Shown: positions 24,302 through 38,628, counted from the whole stretch's first letter. The stretch: 60,533 nucleotides of DNA, filler included, from Sphacelaria rigidula (GCA_964200075.2; 8 parts of 8 records of this genome joined end to end with filler, not necessarily neighbours in it); one strand, 5' to 3'. Numbers and translations: made by a program. Notes: generated by a model from the sequence alone, not told the origin.

Positions 24302-27300
24302 GAATGAAGGTATTGCTGCTGGATCAGGTGACGACACAAGTTGTGGCAATGGTGTACTCCCAATCTCAGATTCTCGAGAAGGAAGTCTACCTGGTGGAGA
24401 GGTTGGACGCGAATCACGAGCCTATGCAACATCTGAAGGCAGTGTGTTTCATCCGACCCACCAGAGATAATATTCGGATCCTGAGCGCGGAGGTAGCCCA
24501 GCCTCGGTTCGCCGAGTACCACATTTTCTTCTGCAGCATCTGCACGCTGGATCTCCTGGAACAGCTGGCTGCTGCCGACGAACACGAAGGTTTGTACGCA
24601 CACTGTTTCCCAGCCCCTCAGCTTGTACGTGATACCGCTGGATATACCCTCTTGGAAGAGGTGATGGCTGTTGCTGTCTTTCCGGCCGCGTCCAGTTTAC
24701 CTTACCATGTTCGTAGAGTCGTGCGAACGAATCTCCCTTGAGATTTTTGTCGTCGACCTCCTGCGCGATACCGAATAGCTTACAGCAGCCTCTGTACCTC
24801 ACCCCACTTGGTATCTTCACTGGCTTGGCCCATGCCTTTGTGCCGGTGTCTACAATGTTCTGCTAATGTGCTGTTGCGCTTAGCTGAACATACGCTGCGC
24901 ACAGATCTTGACCATTGCCGGATTTGTGACAGATCGGTTAATGCAGAACGAACAACAGATCTATCAGTCACACGGCATTACGATGTATCGTGCGAAGACC
25001 CTCACAATACCGCTGTGACAGTAGCTGCACACACCACAGGCTGGTACCATCTGTTCTCTCTCTGCCCCCCCCCCCCCCCCCCGCGCACCATGCCCGTGAT
25101 GCTCGCTTGCTGTCGGTCCGCAGTCGTGCGCCAAGTGCAGGAGTACTACGCGGAGTTCTGCGCTGTAAACGAAGACTTCTTCTCGGCGAACTGTCCTGAC
25201 AGCCTCCAGCTCAGTCTCCCACGGCCGCCAACCACGGCAAAAACGCTGCTCGCCCGCAACAGAGAGGCTGTGCTCTCCGTGCTGCTTGCGCTCAAGAAAA
25301 AACCTTCCACCATCAGATACGCGGTAGGTGGCACATTCTCGAAAGAAAACTAGCTCATCTAAAAGAAATAGAAAACATGAGCATACACCCGTGTCATTTT
25401 GTAAATGACCGGCCTCACAGACTCACTTTGAGGTCACCCTGCACATTATGTACCAGTGAAATCTCCGCTGTTGTGAAGGGGGGAAGAAGGGAGGTTGATG
25501 AACACGTCGGCTGTCCACTGGTCGCAGTGCTTAGGATGGTGCTCGAAGTCGCGAGTGAGGTGAACTCTGTCACGCGGAACGTGCTCAGCGGACTAGGCCC
25601 GGCATCTGTTGGAGTGCGCTGGGTGGTATGTTTTCTTGCGAACTCCGGGCGAGAGCGGTGTTCAAACCAGCCCGAAGTGACGTTTCATTGCTGATGCTGG
25701 TGCTGATGCTGATACCTCTGTGGCTAACCGCTTTGTCGTCGCAGGCCTCTTCGCAAACCGCTCGACAGCTGGCGATGGACGTGTCGGCGACAATACAGGC
25801 CGACCAGATATTTGAATTTCGGAGACAACAGGGGTGAGTCGCCCATTGACACGATGCTTGTACTAGAATTTTGGAGCCGTTCCGCACAGAAGGCATGTGT
25901 CGTGTTTCAGGCCGTGAAGGGTGTGCGGCTGTGACCTCGTGCGGGGGATGGCGGATACAGGAATGCTCCTTTTTATCTCGTATATTTGACCGCTCACGCG
26001 CCCCTCACTTGAGGTCTGTCCTGCGAAAGCGCTCGTACTGTGTTTGTTTAGTCGAGCGAAAAAAATGTTCGCTGATAACCTTGGGCCAGAATGGATACAA
26101 GTGGCACGCTCGGTCCGGCCTAACGGCGTCTTTTCTCCGTGGTTATCTATCTTGCTTCGGCAGGCCGCTGCTGTTGATCTTGGATCGGAGAGACGACCCT
26201 GTGACACCGTTGCTGTCTCAGTGGACGTACCAGGCCATGGTGCACGAACTGCTGGGACTGAATGATAACCGCGTCGTGCTAAAGGGTGCGCCAGGAGTGA
26301 CGAAAGACCTCGAAGAGGTAGATGCCTTCATCCTTATGGGCATACTCGGCGGCTGCAGTAGAGTGTACATATATGTCTGCCATCGGACGTGTACTGTGCG
26401 TAAAGAAGTCTCACCTGCGGGCTATCTGTACCATGTCATGAACGGTTGCGCCCGCCGAACCTTGTTCACTGGAATGTGTTCGCTCAGATGCTTCCATGTA
26501 TGCGATATTTCGTGAGCGTTAGCGTCTGTGTTGTATCTCGGCACGTACAACACATGCACACGAAGTGGGATTTGTATGTGTTGACTTTGTTCAAAACCGT
26601 GTTGTCCTAACGACACTCTTGCCTGGCCAGCTTTCTCTGCGTTGACTTGTTTCCGTTGAATATTTTTGTCTCGTATTCACGTCTTGGAGCCGCGAAAACA
26701 GTTATGTAATCCCCCAAAAATGTCCTTGACAGACGCAAAGGCTGGTGTAGCCGAGTTGGCCCCTGCTTGTTGCATTCTTTCTCAAGTCTCGGTGTCTGGA
26801 GAAAGTAAGACATACGGTGTGTTCTGCCTAATGATGCCTTGTCACGACGCAGTCGTTTCACATGCATGTAATTCCGTTCCGTTTAACAAAGTCTTATGGT
26901 ACGAGATTTGCTAATCAAGCTGCGAGTGCCGCTGCCGTCTGGCAGCTTTCACTGGCTACAGTTCGTTACTACCAATGTCACCTCGCCATTTACTTACTAT
27001 ACGGTCTGAGACCACAGGAACAGAATTGCGAAGTACCCTGCAAGCTTTCAGGGTTGGGTCGGGTAAGGTAAATACCCGGGTATTCAATCTCCCGAATTTT
27101 GTATCGCGGTCGTACGATTTCCAAACTCTACCCAAATATTAGCAAGGCAAGATCACATTCATCTAGCCATTATCTGGGTATTGTTGAGTACGACCTCAAT
27201 GCTCTGCCCAAATTTCGGGTGCTGATAGTACAGAAAACGATTTTTCAAAATACTCAAACTTGGGAAACACCCTACCCAACACACCCTTGCAAGCTTTGCC

Positions 27301-28797
27301 ACTGCTTCATGAGTACGTCATTGTTTCATCGTTTCTGTGTGGTGACCTTTGGTAACGAGCAGGTGGTGCTTTCGTGCACCCAGGATGACTTCTTCGCACG
27401 CAACCGGTTTTCAAACTTTGGCGACCTCGGAGTGGCCGTGAAGGGGCTGATGGACGACTACCAGAAGGCGACTCGTCTCAACGAAAATATCCAGAGCATC
27501 GAAGACATGCAAGCATTCCTCGAACGGTAGGTTCCACCATGTGGGGAAAGTGAATGGGAATGGACTGTACGCGTCCTGGAGCAAGTTGTATCTGCAAAAG
27601 CGCCAGTGGGCCACGACGGTGTAGAGGAAACAGAAGAGACGAGTGGAGATGAGCATTCCGCACAAACACGAGAATGGTGCAACACCAAAGTCTCCACAAC
27701 CGTCATTTTGTGTGTTGGGCAGTGACAGCTAGCTAGCTCATTGCAGAACGGTCCGTCCTTTTTTACGCGTGTAGTCGTCCGTCCCCATCCATGTGTGGAT
27801 AGAAGAAGGCCTCGCCCCAGGAGTGGGTACGGAGCGTGAACGAGTTCGAGTAGTGCCAAAAACGTTGACCATCTTATCGCTCGGACGACGATTTTGCCGC
27901 ATCCATGTTGTTTCACTCTGGTGTTTTTTAGCGGGACCAATATTAGACCTGTCTCGGCTTTATTTCTTTTCCCCTTCCTCTTCATTTGGTATTAGATTAT
28001 TTTATTTTAGGTCAGTTTGTTCTTGTTCTTGTTCCATATATCGCTCGGTCTGGTATCTCTTTATTTTTCCTTATCACCGTTCTCGAGCTGCCCTTGGCGA
28101 GTGTATGTGTCTATATTCACCACAGGTACGTCTATCTGGTAGCCACGCCTGGATAATGATTCCTATTGTACATATTCAGATAATCACTTCATGTGCGACA
28201 ACCAGTGTCTCGCTGTAAGCCACTTCTTCTCTGGGTGCCGTAGTGGGTCGGGGGCATTGCAGAGGGGAATGAAGCGTTATAATAATTTCAGAAAATATGG
28301 TTTTACGCGGGAGCAAGGCCCCAACACTTAATCCCCCCCCCCCCCCCGGGGTGCGGCGCCCCCAACGGACGGGCCCCCCACCCGGGCAGCCCCAGGCGCC
28401 CCACGCCGCCCACCAACGCCNNNNNNNNNNTATAATAATTTCAGAAAATATGGTTTTACGCGGGAGCAAGGCCCCAACACTTAATCCCCCCCCCCCCGGC
28501 GTTTGCTCCGTCTCGAAAGGGATGCGCGGTCAATGGTCGAACGACTAAGGCAAGCAACAGATGAGTATGCCCCCTCCCCCCCCCCGGCGGTTGATGTCGG
28601 CCGATTCGGAACAGCTATCCTGCGTTCCGCTCGCAGTCTCTCAACGTGTCCAAGCACGTGGCTGTTCTGGGAGAGCTGGCCCGGCTGGTGGATGTGTACC
28701 ACTTGCTGGACGTGAGTCAGTTCGAGCAAGAGTTGGCTTGCGCAGACGACCACGTGGCCCACTACCGTGAACTCATGGAGAAGCTCACCAGTTCAAG
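24302..28797 (+). CDS. VPS45: Vacuolar protein sorting 45 (Sec1/Munc18 family), partial; exons 24302-24589, 25124-25323, 25745-25833, 26164-26317, 27363-27526, 28615-28797
   Basis: Phase-compatible GT-AG exons encode [115 protein letters not shown] and [10 protein letters not shown]. The first and last exons were not located. Confidence 0.95.
28497..28575 (-). repeat. G-tract-associated repeat copy in a VPS45 intron
   Basis: Reverse-complement match to 60461-60533, with poly-C on both sides. Confidence 0.85.
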
Positions 28798-30148
28798 GTA
28801 TAACTCTTACACGGTGCTATGTCCTTGTGTCGAGAGGTGGTACAAGAAAACGGTGAAGTGTCGAAAAAATTGCGATGTATACCTTTTTGTGTTTGTTTTG
28901 CTCGCTTCGCTCAACCATTGTCGCGTGTAACGATTTGGATGACTTGCACAAACTCAAAGCACCTCACGGTGATGTATGTGCCCTCTTCCTTCGCCCCTGT
29001 TTGCTATCCGACGATCGCGGCGTTCATCACAATCCGGTCTTCACTTTTTGGTGGGGCTGGTAGCCGATACTAGAGGACGTCCCACGTGAAGAGTCAGGAT
29101 TGTACCATGAGCAAATGGAACCGACCACCAGCTCGAAGGCCCAGCATCATTGTGTGCTTTGCTTTCGTGTTCGCTAGTAAATAAATTATCGTGTGTGGTA
29201 TTGTGGTCTTGAGCTCCATTTAGGAGATGACACTGAACGTACCGACCGTTCCCTTCCTTGACCTTGTGACCTTGACGCATTTGGGAGCGCGTATTGCTAG
29301 GCCCAAACCGGATATACGATACGGACTGTTCCCACTCTCCACCTCCTCACTCCCCCGCCCCCCCCAAAGAATGATGCAAAAGTCGTTGTCTGCGATGACC
29401 AACTTCTACACCCATACAAATAACTGGATATAAATAAGGACATAATTTCAACAGTACAACACACCGCGGCAGGCCGTTTCCGCAAACCAAGATCAAAACC
29501 TTCCTACATACTCCCACAATCTAGAGGAAGAGCAATCCACGCACCCTTTTATGGGCGGGCGCCTTGGATCAACCTCTGCGAAGAAAACAAGTTACACCAC
29601 TGTCAGACAGGGCCGTTTTGCCCTGGGCTCGAAACAGTAAACAGCGCTACTTGAACAAAACTTTATTGCTGAATTCCCCTCACCGATATTCAGATGGACA
29701 TGGAGCACGAAGTTGTTCTCCTTCGCCAAGTTGTGGCGTTTCAGAATTGAGAGTTGCGACGAATTTGCATGGATGCATGTTATCAGGCATAGTGTGCGCT
29801 TAGTTTGCTGCCCCCCACAAGGAAAATACCCGAAAATAACGCCGTGTGATGTTTTTCGCGGTGACATTCTTATTGATGGCTGTGTTACTGTATGATTTGC
29901 ACAAGGAACAGAGCACGTACGCGTTAGCAATCGACGTAGCCGAAAGAAATGTGCCATGTCACGGCTGTGCGCACCCATTGGTGTCATCGTTGTAAAGCGC
30001 GTTACTCGTTACTCGGTGTGAGCGATGTGCAGTCGAGACAATTTCAAGTGAGCAGTCCGTACATGCTCTTCATATTTTGTGCCATTCCAATCGCAGGAGC
30101 AAATAATTGCCAGTCTGCACTGCCAGTAGGTGTGTATTTATGCAAATA

Positions 30149-30181
<33 letters not shown>

Positions 30182-30217
30182 ACCACAAACACACGCCCCA
30201 CCCCACACACCCTGAAC

Positions 30218-30317
30218 NNNNNNNNNNNNNNNNNNNNNNNNNNNNNNNNNNNNNNNNNNNNTTAATTAATTAANNNNNNNNNNNNNNNNNNNNNNNNNNN
30301 NNNNNNNNNNNNNNNNN
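30218..30317. other. Artificial contig spacer
   Basis: N44-TTAATTAATTAA-N44. Confidence 0.98.
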
Positions 30318-32166
30318 GACACCCGCCCCCCCATCACGACCAACTTTGGTCATCTGTACCCCGCCCCCCCCCGCCCCCCGCCCCCCGCTCCCTTTCTCTT
30401 CATATCTTTTCAGTACTTTCAGTAAATGCTTGTTTTTTACGAATCTGACCCACACCTGAGGACCCAGATTTATTTCGAAACAGCACCTTCGTCCCACCAG
30501 CTTCAATGCCGGGGACCCTGATAACGTTACAACTGAGCAGCACCGCCCTATTTGAGAGCACCACACGCCATTACAACACATACATCGTACAGCATATTTT
30601 TCCCAATGTAACCAACCCCTGACTCCACAGGATACAGCCAACGCGCCCCAGTGGTGGAACCGGTGGGAAATGACCAGTGCGAGAATACTCTTGAAATCGC
30701 AAGTTCGAATTTGCACACATGTCGCTGAATATTTGAGCAAACTCTGATAAACCATCGTCGAGACTGTGAGGGTGCGAGTAGAGTAAACGAAATCCGACAA
30801 GAGTCCACGGCGTGCGGGAGTGCCCATCCAATCATCGACACCGCGATATCTAATATCATGCAGGTACCGAGGAAGGGGAGGGGGCTTACAAGTAGTAAGA
30901 TGGCAGGTATACTTGGTATCATATCGTACTGTACTACATACACCATGTCGTATTCGGTACGGCATACTCACTGCACCGCACGGTAGAGACCTCACGCACC
31001 ATCAAGATATACCACCACTAGCTACAATAATAAATGTCTGAACTACGACCACAACAATCACTGATGACGGACTTCACACCACACACACTACTTACACGAA
31101 GTTATGCTGTCAAATCGCTGCGTATTGATATGAATACCACTGCACACGAAGCTCTACACGACAAGCCGGCGGCAGAAAGGAATACATGGGTGAACAATAC
31201 AAGACGGCAACAAACGACCGATGGCAGGGTACTCGCACGTTGACCCGCAACACTGCACCAGCCCGGCCTTCACGTCTTGCGAGATGCTCTTGCATGCACT
31301 CGTTGAGAACATTACATCATGGCCTAGAAAAGAGGGAGGGCACCAACCAACCATGGTACACCACGTGAGCTAAAGCATCAGTCAAAACGGATAGATAGAT
31401 CATGACAATATTTGCAGGTCACGTCGCCGTTCTGCTTCGTCCTATAACCTCAGTCGGTGACCGAACGATGCTAGCTTCATATCTTGAAATAGAGAGCTAC
31501 ATGCGGTCATGGAGCTAACGCACGTAGGTCAGGATCACATCCATGCCTCGTTCAAGGACAAAACACAGCACTGAGAAAAACTCACAACAAAACACAGCTA
31601 GCTAAGACAGCGCACGCTCACTCCACGTTGGTTCACTCCACGAAAAGTACTTCCACAACCACAAGACACCTTATTTTGTGTTTCAACACAGTACAATCGG
31701 CTCAACACTTGGAACAACCTCACAGGACGCCACATGCAAACAACGAACACAAATCTTCAACAGCAATAGCTCCAGGGTACAGTATACCCACCACACCAAG
31801 CCAAATCAACACCACACGCACGACGTTTCGGCGTGCATTCATCATCACCCCCACGCAGCAAACCCAAAGGCACAACTCTCCCACACCTCTGTCCCCATGA
31901 GTGGGTGCTACACAAATGCTGTCGCCGCGGAGTCTCTTCCTCCACTCCCCTGCAGCGACATTTCTTCCACTTCTCTGGCAGCCATCACTTGTAAGAAGTG
32001 GCCACGCTCGATCGCCCTCCATACATGATCGCTTGTGGTCGACTCTCTTCTACTGCTGTACCGCGAGAGCAGAACCACCACCTGACCTACCCCTGACCGC
32101 CGTCGCAATGCCCCGTGCCCGGCGCGATGACAGTTCGGCGGCTCATCTCCCGTGGGGAGCCGCTGG

Positions 32167-33429
32167 CTATCTCGCCGCCTGGCGCTGTCTCACCTCGTCC
32201 ATGTCGACTGCCCGAGGACCTGGCGCCACACCACCCGCATTGGGAACAGGCACCTGCAGAAAACGCGCGGCCGGTGCCCGTCCGTACCCTCCGCTTCCCG
32301 CACCTAGTGTTACTGGTGCTGCTGGTGCTGCGTGCGGTGCGTACACTGTCGCTGCTGTGGAGTTTGCCGCCCTGACAGCCTCGCGCTGGGCCTCCAGCAT
32401 CGACTGTACACGGTCGACACCCATCGTCATGTCGACCCGTGCTGTGGGGTCTGCCACCCGACATCCCACGTTAGGGATGGCAATCTCGCGAAACCGCGCG
32501 GCCGGTGCCCGCCCGTACCCTCCTGTCCCCGCACCTTGCGCTACGTGTGCCGCGTGTGCCGCCTGCGCTGCTGCGTTTGCCGCCCTCACGGCCTCACGCT
32601 GGGCCTGGAACATTAGTTCCACACGGTCGACACGCGCAGTCGGTCGGGTAGGATCTGGTACCCCGCTCTCACACCTCGTCGTGGGGATGGGCGTCTGGGG
32701 GCACGGCGCGGCCGGTTCCCGCCTGTACCGCCCCCCTCCCGCCCCCTGTGCTGCTGGTGCTGGAGATCGTACTGGTGGTGCGATGCTGTGTGCGACAGCT
32801 TCGCGGCGCTGCTGCCCCGGTCCTTGGGCCCCAACCATTATACCCATACCTCCGCCGACTACACGAGTAGTCACAGCGACGCCTCCACAGGGATCGGTGG
32901 CCCGGGTCACGTAAGAATACCCACCGCTCACTACCCCTTGAGCTGCTCTGGCCCTAGCGGCTGCTGTTGTCGGCGCTGGTGCTTTTGTTGCTGACGCAGA
33001 CGCTTCTTCCAGCCCAGCGGTGTACGCGGCCACCAGAGCCTCGCTGAAGCGCTGCCTCCTGATGGCCGCGTCCAGGCGCGCCATGATAGCCCTCGTCCCC
33101 AATCGCATCGCCGGATCGGGGTTCACGCATCCCCTGATGAGGCGGATCATCTGGAATATTTGGTCAGCACAACATTCCGGGTACAGCACACGGGAAACGG
33201 GGCGAGGACGATCAAGCATAGTCAGCCACCAGTGATTGATTGTCGGCCGTCGTGCTCTCGCTTTTGTGCTCTTGACTGGGGCGGGGGCATACGCGACATG
33301 GATAGTCGATTGGCTCTGTTCGAGAGATGCTGTAACACAATTACTGCGATGCTGCCGCTGCATTGGGGAAATAGACGCACCGTAGACAAACCCGGGGTTT
33401 CCTCGGAACCGGCATTAGAACAAGTGATA
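32167..33429 (-). CDS. 3' exons (33429-33381, 33150-32167) of a possible protein kinase-like gene with an Ala/Gly/Pro-rich repeat tail
   Basis: MIRLIRGCVNPDPAMRLGTRAIMARL resembles kinase subdomain XI and follows a TTCCAG acceptor. The GC-rich tail has three imperfect repeats of roughly 65-75 aa. Confidence 0.5.
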
Positions 33430-34885
33430 CTGTAGACGGTATGGTACTGTACTTGACTTTGGCGATGTCACTGCGGTACACGGTGTTTGGTTCCTGTACA
33501 GTGCGGCATTTTGCTATAATATCGTGGATCCTACGGTATGGTACTTCGGTGTGTGCTTTTCCAACAATACGGTACGGACGATACGGGGCCGGACGACTGC
33601 GGAACCTACAGAGTAAATTGAAATTATCGCGGTAGCTGCGCGAACCAGAGACAACGGTGCCCCGTCACGGAGTATCTCGGCAGTTGGCAAGCTGCACTGT
33701 ACGTACACAGTATGCTCGCATACCCGTTCGCGTGTTCAATCCATGTAATATTGCAACCCTAACAGTCATCACGCAGACACAGAAAGGGACTCTGCAAAAA
33801 CATGACGAAATTCAGGCGCGGTAAAGGGGGTGGATCTGTTGTTTGGAAAAAAAAAGATACGCTCAGAATACTAACAAAATCTGGAGAAGAAGGGCTCGGG
33901 CCGTGGGGTAGATGGTACCAAGAACTTCATCTTGGCGCTGTATGCGAACTATTGTAGTTGATTCTAGTGAACATTCTACTGACTACATGATCTTCGTGTG
34001 GAGTGTTTGAACTACTGAACTTCAGAATAGTGCTGAGTAGTGTTGTAGTAACCTGTCTTCGGAGTATCGGGACACTCGAGGAAGACCAGACACCGATGCA
34101 TGGCGACGTTGAATCTCAAGATATTACACACGCAGGGGCGCGTAAAACAAATATCCCTGGCCCCCCCCCCCCCCCGAGCAGCTCCTGATTTGCTTTTTTT
34201 TCTTCTCAAACGAGACAACTGTTCATCAGCCTTTGGGGCGTGAGTTGCTCAGCAAGACGTTGTCGAAACAATGTGCACGAGTCGTGCGTGGTTCGTTCGT
34301 GTGTTTCATGAATAAACTTGGATAGTGTGCAGTGGTTTGAGAAGCGTTAAGAGTTGTTTTCGATAAATTTATCCATGACAGTTATCTGATGATTCAAGAT
34401 GATTCAAGCAAGCAAGTAAAAATGATTACGCCAAATAAACAACGCAGATCCTCCGGCTACACCCCCTCAGCCACACTAGCGCGGCCGTTGACAGTGGTTG
34501 CTGCGGTCACAGACGGGTGAAGGGTTTGTGGTTCGTCGCAACTGCCCCCCTCCCCCGTCTCGATATTTTGCCCCAACTAATTAGTCTCGCCGCGATTTTG
34601 CGAAAAATCCTTGGCTCTGCTTGTTATGGTGTTAGGGTGCCGAACTCTACAATAGTCATCTGACTCACTTAGTTGGGTTTGCTAGGATTCATGATCAGGT
34701 TGCATCAAGCAATGGATCAAGCGGTTTATGTTCGCTTACACAGCGTACTTCAAGCCCAACACCAAACCAAGACTTATCGAGACCGCGACTGTTTTGTTTT
34801 TTGCTGCTTGTGCTTGGGTGTGCTCTGCAAGTGAAGTGACTCTCCCCCGTTCAACCCAGCCTAAAACCAAGTAACTTGTGGTTGA

Positions 34886-35099
34886 GCTTGGTTGCATCGA
34901 GTATATAGGATTTAGTGTAGAACTGGAGCCTGCCAGCCCGCTTGGTTGCATTGAGTATATAGGATTTAGTATAGAACCGGAACCTGCCAGCCTGCTTGGT
35001 TGCATTGAGTATATGGGATTGAGTATGGAACCGGAACCTGCCAGCCTGCTTGGTTGCATTGAGTATATAGGATTGAGTATAGAACCGGAACCTGCCAGC
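34886..35099 (+). repeat. Minisatellite, 4 x 54 bp
   Basis: Units start at 34886, 34940, 34994 and 35048: GCTTGGTTGCATTGAGTATATAGGATT(T/G)AGTATAGAACCGGAACCTGCCAGCCT. Confidence 0.95.
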
Positions 35100-37073
35100 T
35101 CGAACACGGTTCCAACAGTGCTACCCCCCCCCCCCCCCCCCAATCGGCCCCAAATGGAAAAAAGTGAGTGTAGGTCCAGGGATATTTTTTTCACCCGCCC
35201 TTGACACACGCATCAATGAGTGTGGTACAAACAACAGCACGTGGTGAAGCTCAAACTCGATCATTGGAGATTTTACACACGATTGAACGAGCGTGGTAGT
35301 GTTGGCAGCATATCTTGGTTATTGAGCAGAGATGCGAGTATGTGCCATCATCTTTGTGCGTATTTTCTTCGTGACCAGCGGGATCTGATGGTCTACTGCC
35401 GAATGTGAGAACTATAAATGGAAACAACAGGCGGATCTCTGTTTCCAACAAAAATTTCACACCGTGTACAATATATGCTCAACAAACGCACTAGAACAAA
35501 AATGTACTGGGTAAAGTATGGGTCTATTGGAACCTTTGTCGGATCGGTCCGACAATACAGTAGTTGCAATAGGCTCATACTATGTCCACTTCATTTTTGA
35601 TCTGCTGCGTCTATTAACCATATTTTGTCCGAGATGTGAATAATTTTGAATGGATCGTGTGCAGTAGTGTCGGGTACTGCTTGATAAGCTTGCCCATCGA
35701 GCGGAAGCTAAGGGGAGTACAATAATGTGGCGCTCCTACCCGAAGCTCGTATGCCCCGCGCAGTACTGTACGTAGGAGAGTCCGGACTACGGACGGATAT
35801 TCGAGAGTTACCACTGCGGAGTCAGAGAGACTTGCTCGCGCCAACAACTATTGTACCGTTCGCCACGAGCGTTTGGAGCTGACTATTGCGGTAATCCCCC
35901 CCCCCCCCTCGAAATCAGCCTCGCAGCTTGCGTGGTGAGGGGCAAAAACACTCCGCGCGAGAAGTTGCTTTCAAGGGCCGGTAGGGATAGAACTTTGCAA
36001 GAGTCGGCCAACTTCTTCGATAACCATCGCGGGTCAGATCGATGCACCTCCCGGGAATATCTTGGTCTTCCTTTTTTCTCCATGCTCTTCACGTGCGTGA
36101 TGTATTCATCTTCTCAAAACACCCCCAGAAAGACACTCCACAGGGGCAACGGTTCCACATATATCCAGTCCTGACGTATCTATTCCTTCGCGGTATGAAA
36201 ACCAATCAAGCACAAAGCCATGATACCGCGTGTTGCTAGAGGCTCGAACTCGGTCTTATCGAGACGACAAAATGAGCATAAAACTTTCATTTTGAGAGTG
36301 GATAATTGTGATGTTCATTTTTGTTGTCCTTGTGATTGGATGACGGCTTATTCTCTGTTTATAATGCCCTCGAAACTATTACAAGGACAAGACATAATAT
36401 TCCTGTCGACTTTTTTTTCGACACGGGATTAACAATCCGTTGAGAATTCGAAAGGCAACGTAAAACGGTTGCCATGCGTGGGCTGTTCGGCTCATCATGG
36501 GGCCTCAGGACCACACACCAAAGGTGCACAATTATCCATCTCCTGGGCGTGTGACGTATCATGCTGTCACTTTTTCATCACCATCATCATCATCATCATA
36601 CTAATCGTCACTCATGTTTTTGCCCTACATAGGAATGGCGTGTCATTTCTCGTGATGGTATGAGCTTGTGAATAGCCGCAATCATTCTTACAATCAAAAT
36701 CCACTCACGTTTCTTTTAGTACAGATAAGACGGGGCATTACCCGCCGATATGACGCTATGTTCACCTCGGACTCGCATTTCCGTACATTTCCGTACAATT
36801 CCGTGGGTACTCGTGGGATTCATGTATGCAGCAGGGTATTGTATCCCCACTTCACGGGACGTACGGCACGGTTCCCCACGGGAATGTAATCATGATGATG
36901 CCACACCCGTGTACGGTACGGTGCTGGAAATGTGCACGTTTGTGTGGAACTGCCGTCAAGTTCCATATATCGCGGTGAACCACGGTTATATCATATCGCT
37001 CCGACGATAGCCCAGAGAGAAACGAGTCTATGACCAAACAATGCTCATGCAACATGTGATATGTTCGACTTAC

Positions 37074-37172
37074 CCTCCACGGGTCCGCCACCGACGGGTG
37101 CACATTCTCAGGGATGAGGATCCTTTTCAGGGAGTCCTCGCCGTCCACCATGTTGCGCTTGAGGAACGGCAT
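37074..37172 (-). CDS. Isolated candidate exon of an unknown protein
   Basis: TGCAG|MPFLKRNMVDGEDSLKRILIPENVHPSVADPWR|GTAAGT, 99 nt, with GC3-rich codons. Confidence 0.45.
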
Positions 37173-37575
37173 CTGCAATGAAGCGGCACCCGAGCAACGG
37201 ACAGCAGCAGACCACAAACATGAGCAGGCGCACCGGTGGGGTACCGAGTGTGTCGAGAGCCCGTGCCGTGGCAAATGGGTACAAGGGAGTGCCGTTCACA
37301 AGTACGGTGGTTCGGCCCGGTAGGGTGTGATTCGACGGCGACAGGAGCGTATTAGGCTCGACATCGCGTTGGTGGCCTTCTTACAAAGAGGTATACCAGC
37401 TGAACAAAAAAAAACAGCCGACACATGGAACAAGCATCACACCGAGGTCAAGCGCTCAAGCCAGGTCACGATAGTCCACCCGTGAACCTGGCATGAGGTC
37501 ATTTCTACCACCACCAGTGCGTTGCACTTTGCGATTGTAAATAGTGATTGTGCTGGAGTAGAGGGTAGGGATGAG

Positions 37576-37796
37576 GCGTACTCATGTGTTACTTGCCTTC
37601 GTCGATTGATCATTGACCACGCATCTCTCTCGGGACGGGGTAAGGGAAGGAGGGGGAGGAGTGGGGGGTGTACTCACGATCATGCATGCCCTGGTCATGA
37701 GACCATCGGCCTCGCCTCCCTACAAAGGCGGGACGGAGCACGCCGGGTTTTCGCCGGACCAGGCTCGCACTCAATCCTGCGAAGATTGTTCGGCCC
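37576..37796 (+). repeat. Two tandem copies (37576-37642, 37665-37796) of the G-tract-associated repeat family
   Basis: Both begin with GTACTCA after a G-rich tract and represent the two subfamilies. Confidence 0.8.
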
Positions 37797-37896
37797 NNNN
37801 NNNNNNNNNNNNNNNNNNNNNNNNNNNNNNNNNNNNNNNNTTAATTAATTAANNNNNNNNNNNNNNNNNNNNNNNNNNNNNNNNNNNNNNNNNNNN
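37797..37896. other. Artificial contig spacer
   Basis: N44-TTAATTAATTAA-N44. Confidence 0.98.
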
Positions 37897-38628
37897 TCCG
37901 CTTTCCCCATCTTGATTTACGTGGAGATTTCGCCTCCAAAAATCATGCACTTTTTTGGGGGGGCTATCGTAGAAAGTGTCATCAGGTCGCAATGGAAATG
38001 CAACATGACACGATACTATCTCAATTTTCAGACCCTTTGACTTTCAGAAATAAACCTTTCTTTATCCATCTGATGAACAAGAATTTCCCTTTCCATCTAT
38101 CTCTCTTTCCCGGCGCCCTGCAGCCCACTCCTCATCACTCTTCCATCCACGTATTATACAAAGACGGCTCCCCCCGAAACCAACAACGGGGCAGGGAAAA
38201 CCAAGTCTACATCCAAAGAAATAGTGTCCACCGGCAAGCTGGCCCTGCTCGACGACCACGCGACAGCCTTTTTCGCTGAGCGATCTGACTATGATAAAGA
38301 TGCCCTCATGTCCCTCGACGGCGAAGCATTCAAGACCGTCATACAAGACATGATGATCGACGAAGAGTCCCACGCCAAGTCGCCTCTTCCCATGAAGAGG
38401 AAGAAGGAGGAAGACGGCGTGTACAAGCAACTCGCGAGCTTTCAGATCCACGCGGATCACGACAGTTGTATAGTCTGCGGCAACCTGATCCTCACGTGGT
38501 ACACGATCAACTATACCTGTAAGCCTTTTCTGCGCTGCAACGCATGTAGACTGCTGACAATGCTGCTGTTGTCATTGCTGTTTTTTTCATTCTTCTTTTT
38601 CGAAAGAGTTCTCCCATGCTGGCCATGT

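Noticed and set aside
28278..28497. Tandem duplication around the 10-N gap
   Set aside because: Identical sequence on both sides of a gap, with GC-rich low-quality sequence after poly-C. Likely an assembly overlap.
31901..32914. 337-aa + strand ORF
   Set aside because: Antisense shadow of the GC-rich minus-strand exon.
34096..34125. Kinase catalytic loop HGDVESQDI on the + strand
   Set aside because: Lacks the Lys and Asn, is isolated, and is on the opposite strand to the kinase-like exon.
34886..35099. CRISPR-like array
   Set aside because: Contiguous 54-bp units with no unique spacers, no cas genes and a eukaryotic context.
38182..38208. Walker A motif (NNGAGKT)
   Set aside because: Lacks the first Gly and the preceding hydrophobic strand, and no other NTPase motifs are present.
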